Source of the DNA: Eledone cirrhosa
Lineage: Eukaryota
Length of the DNA: 64,000 nt
Reading direction: 5' to 3'
Assembly (NCBI GenBank): GCA_964016885.1
Contig: OZ024745.1
Coordinates: forward strand, 15,376,001-15,440,000
Part shown: piece by piece, positions 1-13,140 of the stretch
Position numbering within the stretch: position 1 is the stretch's first letter
How the letters are laid out: the number at the start of each line of letters is the position of its first letter
Made by a program: the position numbers and the translations under genes
Notes under the pieces: model-generated
Seen by the model: the letters and a program-made list of their open reading frames with translations, nothing else
Database searches by the model: none
What the model was told of the DNA's origin: nothing

Positions 1-325
1 AGGCTGGGTCGTTTGAACATTGGATAAACTGCTTTGTGGTATTCGTTTCGGCTCTGTACTCACTGTGTTCAAATCCCGCCAAGGTCAATATTTCCTTTCA
101 TCCATTCGAAGTCGATGAGAACGTACCAGTCATGTACTGGTGTCGGTTCTTCCTCTATATATTTTTTCACTTCCAATCTCCCACTCTTTATTCTTCTCTG
201 GAAGAAATCTGGTGTGTTCAGATTTAGAGAGAAGATGGACTCCACCAGGGTTTTAAAGAAAGTCTTAGAAACGCCGTATGTCAATACAGCTTCCCTACAA
301 CTCTCGGGATTTACGGGGCCGTCCA

Positions 326-330
<5 letters not shown>
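1..330 (+). mobile_element. tRNA-derived SINE (family 1) with extended 3' tail
   Basis: B-box-like GTTCAAATCCCGCC plus the family core CCTTTCATCC...GTCGAT...GTACCAGT. The tail (GGAAGAAATCT...GAAACGCCGTATGTC) also occurs at 31935-32240 and partly at 25735-25950. Confidence 0.75.
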
Positions 331-407
<77 letters not shown>

Positions 408-416
408 TGTATATAT

Positions 417-523
<107 letters not shown>

Positions 524-632
524 TATATTCTTAGAAAATGTGAATTTTTTTAATTCCCTAGAAACGCCATAGGGCAATACACAGGCCCTACGACTGCTGC
601 GTATGTATACATGTATATAGACCATCCATCCA

Positions 633-758
<126 letters not shown>

Positions 759-785
759 AGAAAAACCACAAACCCTCCATCTCAA

Positions 786-829
786 TTCTACTTTTGAAAC
801 GCAAAAGAACTGCGAAACCGGTAAAGGAA
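786..829 (+). ncRNA. degenerate minimal type I hammerhead-like motif (U3-A8 core, position 9 = C)
   Basis: CTT-TTGAAAC-GCA aaagaac TGC-GAAAC-CG-GTA-AAG: stem I CTT/AAG, stem II GCA/TGC, palindromic stem III ACCGGT, GUA site. Lies between (TA)n tracts. Confidence 0.45.
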
Positions 830-1470
830 CCAAATAAATATATATATATTTAAAAAAGAAAAAACTCCAGTTGCATTTTCGATTTCATCTTTTTTCCTTA
901 TACTTTCACTCGTGTAGGACACCTCGTTTTTTTTTTCATTTTGTAAAAAAATCTCACTTTCTAATATATATATATATATTCTTAGAAAATTTAGGTTTAG
1001 AAAATAACGCCGTAGGTCAATACGGGGCTCTACGATTCCCTCAGGAGTTACCAGAACATACATGCAATCTTTATGTAACGTTTCTTCGGTGGTTTTAATC
1101 CCATATAGTAATTGTAAATTCCTATATTTCTTCGACTACATACATAATACTGCTGCCAGCCATTGCAACGTTGATCTGGCATATCTCCATAACCTAAATA
1201 CTCAGTTTATCAAAACTACAATTGCTAATTTGATAATTATCTGCTATATAATACTCTATTTATTTCAAACTTTTCTACGAATAAATAGAAACATGGAAAA
1301 ACATATACACATAATGTTTCTATTTGAGGCCAGTTATATTTTATTTACACAAGATTAATACCTATACTTACTATATTATATTTGGAGAAAACTAAATGTA
1401 TTTAATGTAGAGAAGCGCGAAGTGTTTATGCACGTGTGTATGTATATGTGCATATGTATGTGAAAATGTG

Positions 1471-1552
<82 letters not shown>

Positions 1553-1617
1553 CATATACAGATAGACATGTGCTTCTGTGTGTGCATGAGTGTGTGTGTG
1601 TATGTGTGTGTATGTAT

Positions 1618-1683
<66 letters not shown>

Positions 1684-1885
1684 ACGTTTGCCTTTCTATG
1701 ATAACTGTTTACAGGATTTTCGCAGTCGCTCCATGGTTTCCAATATATTGCAAGTAACGTTAATGAAGCTAAATTATTTTAACAAGGGAGATGTTTTTCG
1801 TTCCTAAATTAAGAGTAAATATACAAAAAAAAAGTAACTCTATTTAAGAGACAAAGAAAATTTAGATTCATATGAAGATTACCAA

Positions 1886-1930
<45 letters not shown>

Positions 1931-2239
1931 TGTGTGTGTATGTCCATTTATATGTATGGGTATATGTTTGTGTTGGCGAGAACGTACATATATATGTATG
2001 GTATGTACATTTTAAGAAATACGCTAACCAGTCGAAGTGTATAACTGTATATATGTATAGAGTTATATCTGTGTATATGTGTGTAGAATAGGTAGTTAAT
2101 TGATGTATATGTGAAGAAATGTGTTAAGCAGCCGAAGTGTAAGATATAATTATATCTGTATACACTACTGGAGCATTAATTATATGCACATTAGTACGTC
2201 TAATACTAATGTGAGCGAGAGTGTTGTTTGAATGGCAAA

Positions 2240-2441
2240 GAGCTCTTATATAAGGTCTATCTTAGTAAAGAACAGTTATATAAGATATAACTTCCCTGGT
2301 AAATAAATCTTATATGAGATGTGTGTTACTAAATAGCGGTTATATGAGACATGTCTTGGAATATAGCCCTTATATAACATTTGACTTATATATGTTTTGA
2401 TAAATAGCAGTTTTGAGAGCTATTTCTGCGTAAATAACAGT

Positions 2442-2481
<40 letters not shown>

Positions 2482-2790
2482 TTTATTTTTGGTAAACAGC
2501 ACTTCTATACGAGATTTGACTTTGTAAATACCAGTAATATAAGCAGTTATATAAGATATTACTTGGTAAATAGCAATTCTATAACACATGTTAAAGTAAA
2601 TAGATGTTATACAAGATATATATAACATGACCTGATAAATAGCAGTTATATAGGATATGTCTTGATATAACTAGCAATTACATGAGATATGTCTTTGTAA
2701 ATAGCAGTTATATATAAGATATGTATTGCTGAATACAGTTTCATAAGAGATATGTATTAGTAAATAGTGGTTGGTAGTTGTATAAGCTCT
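2240..2790. repeat. degenerate ~31-bp minisatellite
   Basis: Recurrent GTAAATAGCAGTTATATAAGATATGTCTTG-like units. Confidence 0.75.
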
Positions 2791-3851
2791 GTCTTTCTAT
2801 TGAACAATAATCACATATTTTTCAGTAAAACATTCTTGTTTTATTCACCACATAATAGAATCAGTTGGACTTCAATTTCCAATATTCAAACTGTTTAGAA
2901 TAACATTCAGACCATCCTCCGTTTATGTACATGGTTATAAAACATGTTTTTAGTTTTCATAAAACCTCAAAAAACAATCATAACATAATAAATGCTTTAA
3001 ATCGATAACTACAAATAGATTTACCGATAACAACAAATAGCTTGGAAGAGTTTTCTTTATGATAACCCATCTGCAATAAATGACGAGATTAGAATATTCT
3101 GAAAATAGTAAATAGTGTTATCCTACGGTCAGTGAACAAAACCTATATAGAGAGAAATGCTAGTATAAAAATTCTTCTTCTTTGTTCAGTAATATAGATA
3201 TGTATTATAAGAAACTTACTATAACAATAGGCTTGCTTGCATAATATTTTATAAGAAAGAAGCTATGTAAAGATACTAAATATGGATGCCATATAATAGA
3301 GCCTTTATTATAATACAATATTTACTGTGAGGGTCATCTAATGTAGTAAAGAAGTCAAATAATTCAAATATCAAATGTCATGAAATAAAGAGACATGTAA
3401 TAAAAGCATGTTGGCAAAGTCATCAGAACGTCAGGTAAAAGGATTTGCGGTATGCGTTCCGTCTCTCTTCGCTCTGTGCGAGTTCAACTATGATATTTAT
3501 TCCTTCTGGATCGATAAATATAGTATCAATCGCGTAGAGGAGTCGATTCTTCTGCTCGCTCACCTTTTCTCTGTCTTTGTCTTTCTATCTAGACGATATC
3601 GGTTGTATCCAGACATGAATAGAGATCGGCTCCTCCTGGTTTACAAAACTCAAGATACACTTTATCTCACGATGCTGCCCGTAATACTCCATCTATTAAG
3701 AGTGGAAGACCCAAAGGGGTAAGAGGTAACCTAGAGAGGAACATTAATGCAATAGTCTTCTTACCAGATATTCATCCAGTCAAATTAAACAATAACCAAC
3801 CAGATAAATGTAATGAATATGTAAGGCATACATTTGTTGTTCATTATGCTG

Positions 3852-4010
3852 ACGCCATGCTTTGCAGCAAAGAGTTACAGCCCTTTATGATCTGAGTTCA
3901 AATCCCGCCGCGGTTAACTTTGCCTTTCATCCTTACGGGGTCGATAACATAAAGTACCAGAAATGCACTGGGATAATTGCTGGCCTTGTGCCAAAAGTAG
4001 AAACAATTAT
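3852..4010 (+). mobile_element. SINE family 1
   Basis: GAGTTCAAATCCCGCC...TTTGCCTTTCATCCTTACGGGGTCGATAA...GTACCAG...GGCCTTGTGCCAAAAGTAGAAAC. Confidence 0.8.
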
Positions 4011-4392
4011 GCTGACAATAGAGTGGACATCAAGGCAGTGGAGAAGAACTAGAGGGCGACCAAAGGCATGAAAGAACGCGCGATGATCTGACCCGACAGT
4101 GTCACCCTACATTGCCCAGTGTGTACAGGAAGCAGTAACATGGCCCTGGGATTTGGATATTCACGTTGAATATATTAATATTTGATTCTTCGACAGCTTG
4201 CGTAAAATTCTTAATGATATCAGGCTTTTTATCTAAGTTGTTTACTTTAGACTGAAGTTAATTATCGAGAAATTCTGCATTATCGATTATATCGATTTTA
4301 TATATTTACCTTGGGAAATTTGCATTTAGTTTCGGGACGTGAAATTATTTTATAAGTTTAATCATAATTATACAATAAATATTTATGCACAA

Positions 4393-5096
4393 CACAGTGT
4401 GTATTAGAAGATTTAAGATAAATTTAATGTATATGTAACGCTGTGAAAAGATAACGGTGTAAACACATTTTCCACTATTTTCTCTCTAAACTGAAAACAC
4501 AGATTACACTGATTAACAACATTGTTGGTACATTGATACTGACACTTGATGTTACCTGATTTGAGTGTGTTGAATTCAAATATGAAGCTAGTTTTCCTCT
4601 GTTAGCTCCAATTTTTTTGCAATTAAGCTTTTTTTTATATTTGATGCAGTATGATGATGCAGTCCATCTGAACATTTTAAGGTTATACCATCTTCATAAT
4701 ACATTGAGGTTCTAGATCTATTCATACGAGTTAGTACACCACAATTCCAAAGTAGGCTTCATAAGCTTCATAAACAATGTTATATTCCACCTTTGACGAA
4801 TAAGTGGGAAGGAACCACAGAGGTAGCAGAAGCCATCAGGATTATTCACACATCGATGTTTGCTGGAAGAGTCCATGATTAGATGCAATGATTAGATCTG
4901 AAACATAAACACAATTGTCAATTTTAAGTCTGATATATCTCGAGAGGTCAAAAAAGTATAACTTAAAATGTCAAGAGAACCAGAACATTTAGAGCAAAAC
5001 TAATTCCAAATTTGAAATCAGCACAAAAAATGAAGCTAGAAGCAGCGACGAAATGTCATGCGCCAGTAAAAACGAAAAGATTTGTTGCCAACTGTG
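4393..5096 (-). mobile_element. internally deleted Chapaev/Chapaev3-like (CMC) DNA transposon remnant
   Basis: Minus strand from ATG at 4876 reads MDSSSKHRCVNNPDGFCYLCGSF..., then after a frameshift AYEAYFGI, matching the Cys-rich N-terminus of such transposases from memory. Termini CACAG...CTGTG are flanked by ACAA on both sides. Subterminal ATTTGAAATCAGCACAAAAAA recurs at ~5508-5528. Confidence 0.55.
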
Positions 5097-5216
5097 ACAA
5101 TCCTGCTTTTATACGAGTACCTAAGACTACACTGTTGAATGTGCTCGTTATTATTTTATAACGTGGCGAGAGGGAAATATTTGACTGCTATTTCTAGCAG
5201 GTTGGGGGGGGGGGTC

Positions 5217-5470
5217 TAAGTAGCCAGTAAGAGGCTATGTAGCTGGTAAAAGCTATGTAGCCGGTATGAGGTTGTGTAGCCGGTATGAGGTTGTGTAGCC
5301 GGTAAGAGGCTATGTAGCCGGTAAGTGTCTACGTAGCCACTAAGAGGCTATGTAGTGGGTAAGTGTCTACGTAGCCAGTAAGAATCTATGTAGCCGCTAA
5401 GTGGCTATGTAGCCGGTAAGAGGCTATGTAACCAGTAAGAGGTTATGTAGCCGGCATGAGAATACGTAGC
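5217..5470. repeat. 20-bp minisatellite
   Basis: Units like ATGTAGCCGGTAAGAGGCT, ~12 copies. Confidence 0.85.
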
Positions 5471-5594
5471 AAGGGGCAAGACAACGAGAGCATAAAGAGC
5501 ACAACTAATTTGAAATCAGCACAAAAAATTAAGCTACAAACATTGAAAAAATCTCTTGAACCAGAACAAAAGGAAAACATTGTTGCCCAGTGTT

Positions 5595-5838
5595 AGGCGC
5601 ATGGCTTAGTGGTTAGAGCATTGGGCTTGCAATCGAAGGTTGTCAGTTCAATTCTCGGACCGGGTGATGTATTGTTTCCTTGAGCAAGACACTTTATTTC
5701 ACGTTGCTCCAGTTTACTCAGCTGTAGAAACGAGATGATAGGACTGGGGTCCCTATCATTAAATCACCCAAGACACCTCCAACGAGATATACCTTGGAGG
5801 AGGCCAGCTAAACCTGCATAGATGTGAGCTGTCACACA
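5595..5838 (+). mobile_element. tRNA-derived SINE (family 2)
   Basis: A-box TGGCTTAGTGG, B-box GTTCAATTC, then CCTTGAGCAAGACACTTTATTTCACGTTGCTCCAG. Near-identical copy at 13141-13386. Confidence 0.8.
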
Positions 5839-5845
5839 TAGTGTT

Positions 5846-5888
5846 ATCTTTACGTGTTTCGTAGATTATTATAGCTTCATCAGAAGCT
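5846..5888 (-). ncRNA. possible degenerate minimal hammerhead
   Basis: Minus strand CTT-CTGATGA-agctataataatctac-GAAAC-AC-GTA-AAG. Cores are perfect but stem II is weak. Confidence 0.35.
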
Positions 5889-7200
5889 ATAACTCCTATG
5901 CCTCTATCTAAAGAGAACCCTATTTTGCATTGCTCTTTATGTCAAGTAGGGCATTTATTTAGAAACCTGATCAGAACACAGCTTATATTTGAATGCTTAA
6001 GATAAATCTTATGCAAAAACTACAGCTATTTTAAAAAAATATTCAAGCCTTGTCGCAAAAAGAACGAAGTGTAAACACACTTTTCTCTAGTATTATAATT
6101 TTTAATTTCTTTGTCATAATTTGCTGCTCTCCGAAACATTTACAATCAGCTCATTTTCATATTTTTTTTAAATTCAAGTTTTCTTAAATGTTATCCAGAG
6201 AAGCGAAAACAGATCTTTAGTTCCAATGTTGTTTTGTTTTGTTTTTTCTATTCTGGACAATATTAAAGAAAAGCAATATTTTTATTTAGTTTATTATAAT
6301 TAACCTTACAATAATTGACTTCCTAATTTTTCATTATTACTTCCTATATATTTTAATGAAATCCTTCCGTTTCATAGGTATTATATTAATTTCAATTAAC
6401 CCTCTCAAAGATTATGTACGGTATTTAAAACACCATTAACTGTCGGTGGATGTGAAAGTTGACAACTCACATATGGACATTGTGCTGCTGTTATTGTTGT
6501 TGTTGATGTTGTTGTTTTCTGGTTATTGTTGTTCTCGTTGCTGTTCTTGTTCCTGGTGTTTTTGTTTGTTTTTATGTTGTTGTTGTTGTTATTGTTGCTA
6601 TGGTTGTTTTATAAATTTTTCAGAAGGAAAGATCGTGCCGAGGTCTTCATACTCTGATGATTTTATTTCTAATTAAGACTTTCGAAGAATAATAATTGCT
6701 TTCTTTCAGCCTGGTAGCCAAGTACATTGCTTTGTTGTCGTTTGTTTGGCTATTGTTGTTAACTTGTCTGAGAAGGGGAAAACATTGCTTCGTGTTTCTT
6801 GTTTTTTTCTTTCTTTTTACGTTTTGTTTTGTTTGTCTGTTTTCTTCTTCTTCTTCTTCTTCTTCTGAGTGCGTTAATTTACTTGATACTATTAATTATC
6901 ATTCTGAATGTTCTGTTGAACACAATCAACACAGACAGAATATTTTTATTCAAGTATGTAGTAAATAAATGAAGAATATTCTGAACAAAACCACACTAAT
7001 AAAGCAATCAGTTTAGTTTAAGTGTTCTCAACGTCAAGTCACGTTCTCCAATTTCCCATTGGTCATTTGCGCCATCAATTAGTTGTAGCTGATGTGTTTG
7101 AAAGTTAAAACAATTAAGGAATTCTCGTTTCATCTGGAAAATGTAAGGAAAAAGTAAAGAAAAGAAAACTCATTTGACCACCTCAAAAATCTTTGGAAAT

Positions 7201-7280
<80 letters not shown>

Positions 7281-7865
7281 TGCGTGTGTGTGTGTGTGCC
7301 TGTATGTGTGTGTCTGTGTGTGTGCGCGTGTGTCTGTGTGTGTGTCTCTGTGTGTGTGTGTCTGTGTATGTGTGTGTCTGTGTATGTGTGTGTCTGTGTG
7401 TGTGCCTGTGTGTGTGTGTGTGTCTGTGTGTGTGTGTGTCTGTGTGTATGTGTGTGTGTCTGTGAGTGTGTGTGTGTGTCTGTCTGTGTGTTTGCAAAGT
7501 AATTCTTCATCTAGTCGACCTTGTGTAAAAATGAGATATTAAATAGACTGTGACTTTGTCACATCGCTAGTTATATAGAGAGACCATATCATTTTAGTGC
7601 ACTTTAAGGCAGTGGATTGGCAGAACCGGTAGAGCATCGGACAACATGCTTTTCCTTTTATCCTTCCGAGATCGATAAAGTAAAGTACAAGTGATGGACT
7701 TTCCCCTCCTCAAAAATTCTTCACCTCGTGCCTAACTCAGAAACCATTATTAATATCATCATCATCATCTCTCTATCAGCTAATACTGGGCAAGATAACG
7801 AATGCGCCACACACCACGTTAATTGTAGAATTGGCACTGGTCCATCAGTATATCTTTCAGAGTTA

Positions 7866-8040
7866 ATAATTGTTTCTACATTTGGCACAAGGCCAGCAAA
7901 TAAGCCAGTACATAACTGGTACTTTATTTTATCGACCCTGTAAGGATGAAAGGCAAAGTCAACCTCGGCGGGATTTGAACTCAGAATGGCAAGGGCCGTA
8001 ACTCTATGCGTCTACCGATACTGCCAATCCACCGCCCTTT
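7866..8040 (-). mobile_element. SINE family 1
   Basis: Reverse complement of the 58756-58946 consensus. Confidence 0.8.
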
Positions 8041-8257
8041 CAGAGTTAATAATATGAGTCGAATATCCCTTTTCACAGGAATACTGTGGCTGTTGTATCT
8101 TGCATACTCATTTGCACTTAAAGTGCAAGTAATACTCAAAAGACTCGTTTGATATTATGTGTCAGTATTTTGGAATAAAGATCTGAAGACATCATACAAA
8201 TACTTGTGTAGAAATGAAATAGTTAAAATACAAAACACGGCCATGACAGAGTTGGGT

Positions 8258-8478
8258 TAATATTGGCTTCTGATTTAGGTACAAAGCCAACAATTCGGGG
8301 GAGGGGAAAGTCGATGACATCCACCCAGTGCATGACTGGTACTTTATCTTATCGACGCCGTAAGGATGAAAGGCAAAGCTAACCTCGACGAGGTTTAAAC
8401 ACGGATCGTAAAGAGCCGTAACTCAATGCCATAAAGCATGCTGTCCGACGCTCTACCGATACTGCCAATCGACCACCA
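8258..8478 (-). mobile_element. SINE family 1
   Basis: ACTGGTACTTTAT...TCGAC...AGGATGAAAGGCAAAG...CTACCGATACTGCCAAT. Confidence 0.75.
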
Positions 8479-8539
8479 AACTAATGAGTTGGGTTAATAT
8501 TAAAAATGGAACTCAAAGCTATAAATGGACAACCAGCGA

Positions 8540-8865
8540 CAGTTTCAACGATGAGTCTTCCGGTTGTTGGATCAACGGAACAGAATGCTCGGAAAATTAA
8601 CATATAAGTGGCTGGGTATCTACAGGCACGTGCTCAAGTGAAATTCAGCGAGGCACAATGCATGACATGACTGGCTCTTTGAATTACTGGGCCAGTCCAT
8701 TTGACGGGATTTCAAACAGCTTCCGTCTAATTAATTTCACTCACAATATACGGGTTCCTTTGAGACTATGGTAAATGATACTTGCCCAAAATATCATGCA
8801 ATAGGATCGAACCCTGTATTTAACGATTGTCAAGTGAACTTCTTAACCATTCCACCATACTGCCT
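8540..8865 (-). mobile_element. tRNA-derived SINE (family 3), degenerate
   Basis: Reverse complement similar to 29868-30140 (TGGTTAAGAAG...GGGTTCGAT...GGCAAGTATC...GACGGAAGCTG). Confidence 0.6.
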
Positions 8866-10175
8866 CTACACGCTAGAAATACGATAGTAGGTAGAAACAC
8901 GTGAGCTATACCAGTTATAAACTACAACTTCAATTATAATACAGTAATGGACTCTATTATGAGGAGTACTATTGTGTTTATAGGTGGCGAATTGGCAGGG
9001 TCGTTGGAATGGAGAATCGAATGCTTTGTGGTTTTCATTCTGGCTCTCTGCTCTCTCAATTCAAATCCTAGCGAAGCCATCTTTGCCTTTCATCCATTCT
9101 GGTCGATAAAAAAGTACCAGTCTAGTACTGGGGTCCATTCTTCTTCTATATCTCTTTCTCACTTCCTTAACGCAATTTGGAGTTTGAAACACCGTGTCAA
9201 AATTGCGTCCAGAAAATCCACCCGAAGGGCTTCAACACAGTTTCCATCTTCCAAATTTCGCTCACAGGACTTAGCGTTGACCAGAAATTATAGTACAGAC
9301 ATTTTACCAAGATTCAATGCAATAGGATCGAATTCGGGATATCATGATTGAGAAGCGAACCTCTTAATCGCTCAGCTTTTCTTGTGCCCATATCAGTAAA
9401 ATAACCTAAAATCAGTAGATAATTCTTTTAAAAGCAGATGACTTTAAAATCAACAAGATAATATCTACTTTCTTTTTTTATAGTATTTTTCTAACCCTCC
9501 ATTTGTAATTTAGAAATATTGACTCGGTTATTTTGGTTTCGTTTCATACTTCCATCGTCCATTAACAATTATAGCTAAACATTATTCCGACAACCAATTT
9601 CCTTACTTAACACCAAAGAGACATAAATATATTATAACATTAGCATTTTTGCCAGAATAAATCTTATAATATTCCTTATTGTGCGTTGTTTTCCCTATTG
9701 CTCATTCTTTATTCATGTCCTATCATATTTTAACACCATTATTCTCGGTTCATACTTTACCCAGACGTGAAAAACACTAATTATTTATTATTTAGACCTA
9801 AATATAAGCAACGAAGTTCAGAACTTCCTGTCTCATAGTTGAACCAACTACTGTGAGATTCTCTCAATATGTAATCCAGGATTTACTCGCTAGCATATTC
9901 TATTTAGTGGAGCTCTTTTTCTATTAATTCATAACATGACTAATTATAGACATTGTGAGAGTGGCTTGTGACTGGATCGATAGGATGGAGAACGATATAA
10001 TAAGTGGTCGATAGTTCTATTCTTGGACTGACGCAGCAACGTTTCCACAACCAAGCAATATGATACTGAAACAGCTCAGGCATTTTAGTTCAAAGAATAT
10101 ACCTGGTGGTATGAAGGCTATATATCCACAATATCGCTGTATGTATATTCTCTGTATATATATATATAAATACAT

Positions 10176-10620
10176 AATCGGAGAAAGCTAAAAGCGATAC
10201 TCGGCCAAATTCCTACTCACTCAACAAACATTAGGAAATACCTGAGTATATTCCCAATTAGACGTTTGGGGTGCTAACTATATCGTATTGTGTGGATAAT
10301 TGGCTGTATTATTTCATATGAGATATATCAAATATATCATTTCCCAGACGACTCGTTTCATTATAAGATTTCTACAAGTTGGGAGAAATTTTACCAAGTT
10401 ATGTAGAAGCTTGTATAAGATTAACAGATACTTATTCAAGTGGGCACTTATAATTCCTCAGTGGGTGCCCAATAACATTAATATTGATAACCAAATCAAC
10501 ATCAATATTTAGCGATAATCACCATCAGTGCTTGAGGGGACTGCTAGGTTGTTAGTCCAGCAGTTCTAAAGAAAATCTCACACTGTCCCGAAAATGGGAG
10601 GAAGGAGGCTACCGCCAAAA
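10176..10620 (-). mobile_element. PLE-type pseudo-LTR / retrozyme family A, copy 1
   Basis: Diverged homologue of 11190-11640 (same strand) and ~42600-43040 (opposite strand). Carries an HHR, and its 3' end abuts (TA)n. Confidence 0.7.
10343..10470 (-). ncRNA. type I hammerhead with multibranched stem II (family A)
   Basis: Minus: GGGCA-CCCA-CTGAGGA-ATTATAAG[GTGCCC, two hairpins]CTTATAAT-GAAAC-GAGTC-GTC-TGGG. Confidence 0.8.
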
Positions 10621-10829
10621 ACAATACATGCGCAGGTCGTTGAACTCTGACAAGAATTCAAACCACGTGCTAAGAACTCAATTGGATATGAAAAAATAAC
10701 CATATGTGTGCATCGCTTTATGACACATATAGATATTTTCTCTGGCAAAAAAAAAAATATATATATATATATTTACACACACATACACACATACATACTT
10801 ATACACACACACAGGCGCACACACACACG

Positions 10830-10877
<48 letters not shown>

Positions 10878-10994
10878 ATTAAGTAATATACTCCAAATAT
10901 TTGTCGAGTGCTTTTATATCAGTTATAAATATTTACTAGTTGTAACCCAACAATTTTAAATATAACTTTACATGTATATATATATATATATATA

Positions 10995-11153
10995 TAGGAA
11001 CCAGTAAGACCCCGACAGCTGAGCTCAAGCCGTCGAAACGGCTTGAGCTCAGCTGTCGGGGTCTTACTGGTTCCTATTACCCACTCTACTACCTCAAGTA
11101 TTGAGTACTTTGGTGCGTTATGGTCCACCTGGTTCCTTACCACATTTCCTTCG

Positions 11154-11156
<3 letters not shown>
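10995..11156 (+). mobile_element. 5'-truncated, 5'-inverted pLTR fragment (family I) in (TA)n
   Basis: ~39-bp perfect fold-back around CGAA at 11034-11037. Contains the HHR 3' half GAAAC-GGCTTGAGCTCAGCT-GTC-GGGG and ends TTCCTTCGTTA(TA)n. Confidence 0.8.
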
Positions 11157-11189
<33 letters not shown>

Positions 11190-11194
<5 letters not shown>

Positions 11195-11640
11195 ACATAA
11201 ACAGAGAAAGCCTTAAGCGATACTCCGACCAACTCCATCTCACTCAACAAACATTAGGATATACTTAAGTATTATCCCAATTTAGTGTTTGGGGTGCTAA
11301 CTAATCAGTATTTCGTGGATAATTGGTTGTATTATTTTATATGAGAGATTATTAAATAAATATCTCATTTCTTCCAGACGGCCGTTTCGTTATAAGATTT
11401 CTACAATTTGGGATAAATAATTTACAGGTTATGTAGAAACTTGTATATAATCCATAGTTTTATACACAAGCGGGCTCTTATAAACTCATCAGTGGATGCC
11501 CAGTCAATAACGATATAAGAATTATATCGACATTAACAGAATGGTGATGGTCTCCCTCAGCGCTAAGAAGAGACTGGTAGATTAGAATCCAGCAGTTCTC
11601 TCAAAGAAAAATACACGCTGTATAAAGAGAGAGAAAGGTG
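11190..11640 (-). mobile_element. PLE-type pseudo-LTR / retrozyme family A, copy 2
   Basis: Homologous to 10176-10620; 3' end abuts (TA)n. Confidence 0.7.
11373..11501 (-). ncRNA. type I hammerhead with multibranched stem II (family A)
   Basis: Minus: GGGCA-TCCA-CTGATGA-GTTTATAAG[AGCCC, two hairpins]CTTATAAC-GAAAC-GGCC-GTC-TGGA. Compensatory changes versus copy 1; palindromic stem III. Confidence 0.85.
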
Positions 11641-12110
11641 CTGGTACGTCTTGTTTTGCTTCAGTGAAATTCTACTCACAGAGTGCACTGAGTAGAATTC
11701 CCTGAGAGGAAAAGTGTTTCATTCTTCGTAGACTGATTTTCATTTCTGCCGTACAGTATTCGGTAACAGACCTACCAAGTCATGTTATAGCAACAAATTT
11801 AGTTGTACCATGTCGTCTGCAAATCACAGTCGACTGGTCTTGTACTTACCGGTCTTGATATCACTTCCAGCCAGGTTGTAATTGTCAATCCTGTTCATGA
11901 GGATTGGGAACAGGAAATGTGAAAGTACGCATCTTCGTCCAGCACCCGACTTAGCACCATTACTCTAAACCTAAATACTATAGAACTAATATATGGTCTT
12001 CGATGCAACAATAACCTGCCCATCAATCTCATACTCCTGCACAGCTTTCCACAACACGTCTCGTACAACGTGGTCCACGAAACAAGCGTACACCTCTTAA
12101 TAATTTTAGT
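11640..12110 (-). pseudogene. RTE-like LINE reverse transcriptase fragment
   Basis: Minus translation pieces VYACFVD, RDVLWKAVQEYEIDG, CVLSHFLFPILMNRI, SRL*FADDMV (FADD catalytic motif). Confidence 0.75.
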
Positions 12111-12114
12111 TTTG

Positions 12115-12210
12115 TGTTGCGGATCAACTGGAAACGGTTACATCTGATATGGAAGACGTGTCCGCTCCCACGACTATACCAGCAAGAAGAAGAAGAAGAA
12201 GAAGAAGAAG
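12115..12210 (+). mobile_element. RTE-like LINE 3' end with (GAA)n tail
   Basis: Similar to the RTE 3' ends at 40640 and 41098, followed by (AGA)n. Confidence 0.5.
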
Positions 12211-12219
12211 CTTTGGTAG

Positions 12220-12600
12220 ATATAGCTATCTATTCTGGCTTTCTGTTGATTCGTTCTCCCTTTGCTGGAAGCAGGTAGTGGCCGACCGGTATAGCTATTT
12301 ACCAGAGCATTATTGTGGATTGAGGGTCTGTGCTAGGGTTTCATTTGATATAACTATCTACCCGGTCATTGTTGTAGTTACCTTTACTACTAGAACTTCG
12401 TAGATTCCGGTCGAACTAGCTATCTACCCGGTCATTTTTGTTGATCCTTCCTGTCTTTGCTGAACTGCAAGGACTGAGCAGCTTTCAGTAGACATAATTA
12501 TCAACCTAAGTATTTCTGTTCATACCTTCTATTTTTGCTAGAATTAGGTAGCTGCCAAGTTAGCTATCTATCCAGTCATTTCTATTGATTTATTTCGTCG
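12220..12600. repeat. degenerate 60-77 bp tandem repeat
   Basis: ~6 occurrences of a TAGCTATCTACCCGGTCATTTCTGTTGAT-like motif. Confidence 0.6.
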
Positions 12601-13140
12601 TTACTTAGAGTTGTCAGCCGAAGATAATGATTTCGTTCGTTTCTTTAACGGTTGCATAACCAACAGTTGAGCCTTGTTTGATTTTATATTTTCTAGTTTG
12701 TTTTTATTGGTTTGTTTGTTTTGTTTTTCTGGGCCGTGTATTGATTTTATATAACTAAAATCATACATCCGTTTCTGTTAAAGTGAAAAAATGTTCGATA
12801 ATTGTTCATTTTTTTCTTCCATATTGATTCACTTCCTCTTTTGTACGATATTGGTTCTGGTGAAAGTTTACTCGACAGTTTTTACTTCAGTCTTATTTGC
12901 TGTTTCAATTTCATTTTATTATGTTTAATGTCTATCAGGGTTATTTTAACTGGATTTCTTCTTATCAAAAGATTTTCCTTGGTATAATTATCTTTTTTTA
13001 TATATATGGTCAGGCTTCTGCCTGCTACTAGTATTATGTCACCCAGTACAAACTACTTCATGACTGAGTGGTCAGCGACTAAACCGGCTCCCCCACCTGA
13101 CACAGGTCTGGTGGGGAGAGTAAATGTGACCCCAGCAGTG

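Noticed and set aside
5595-5670. tRNA genes at SINE heads (also 13141, 29868, 58756)
   Set aside because: A and B boxes are present but there is no complete cloverleaf, and each continues into a SINE body.
12220-12600. Repeat-spacer pattern resembling a CRISPR array
   Set aside because: The repeats are degenerate, the spacers resemble each other, no cas genes are present and the context is eukaryotic; it is an old minisatellite.
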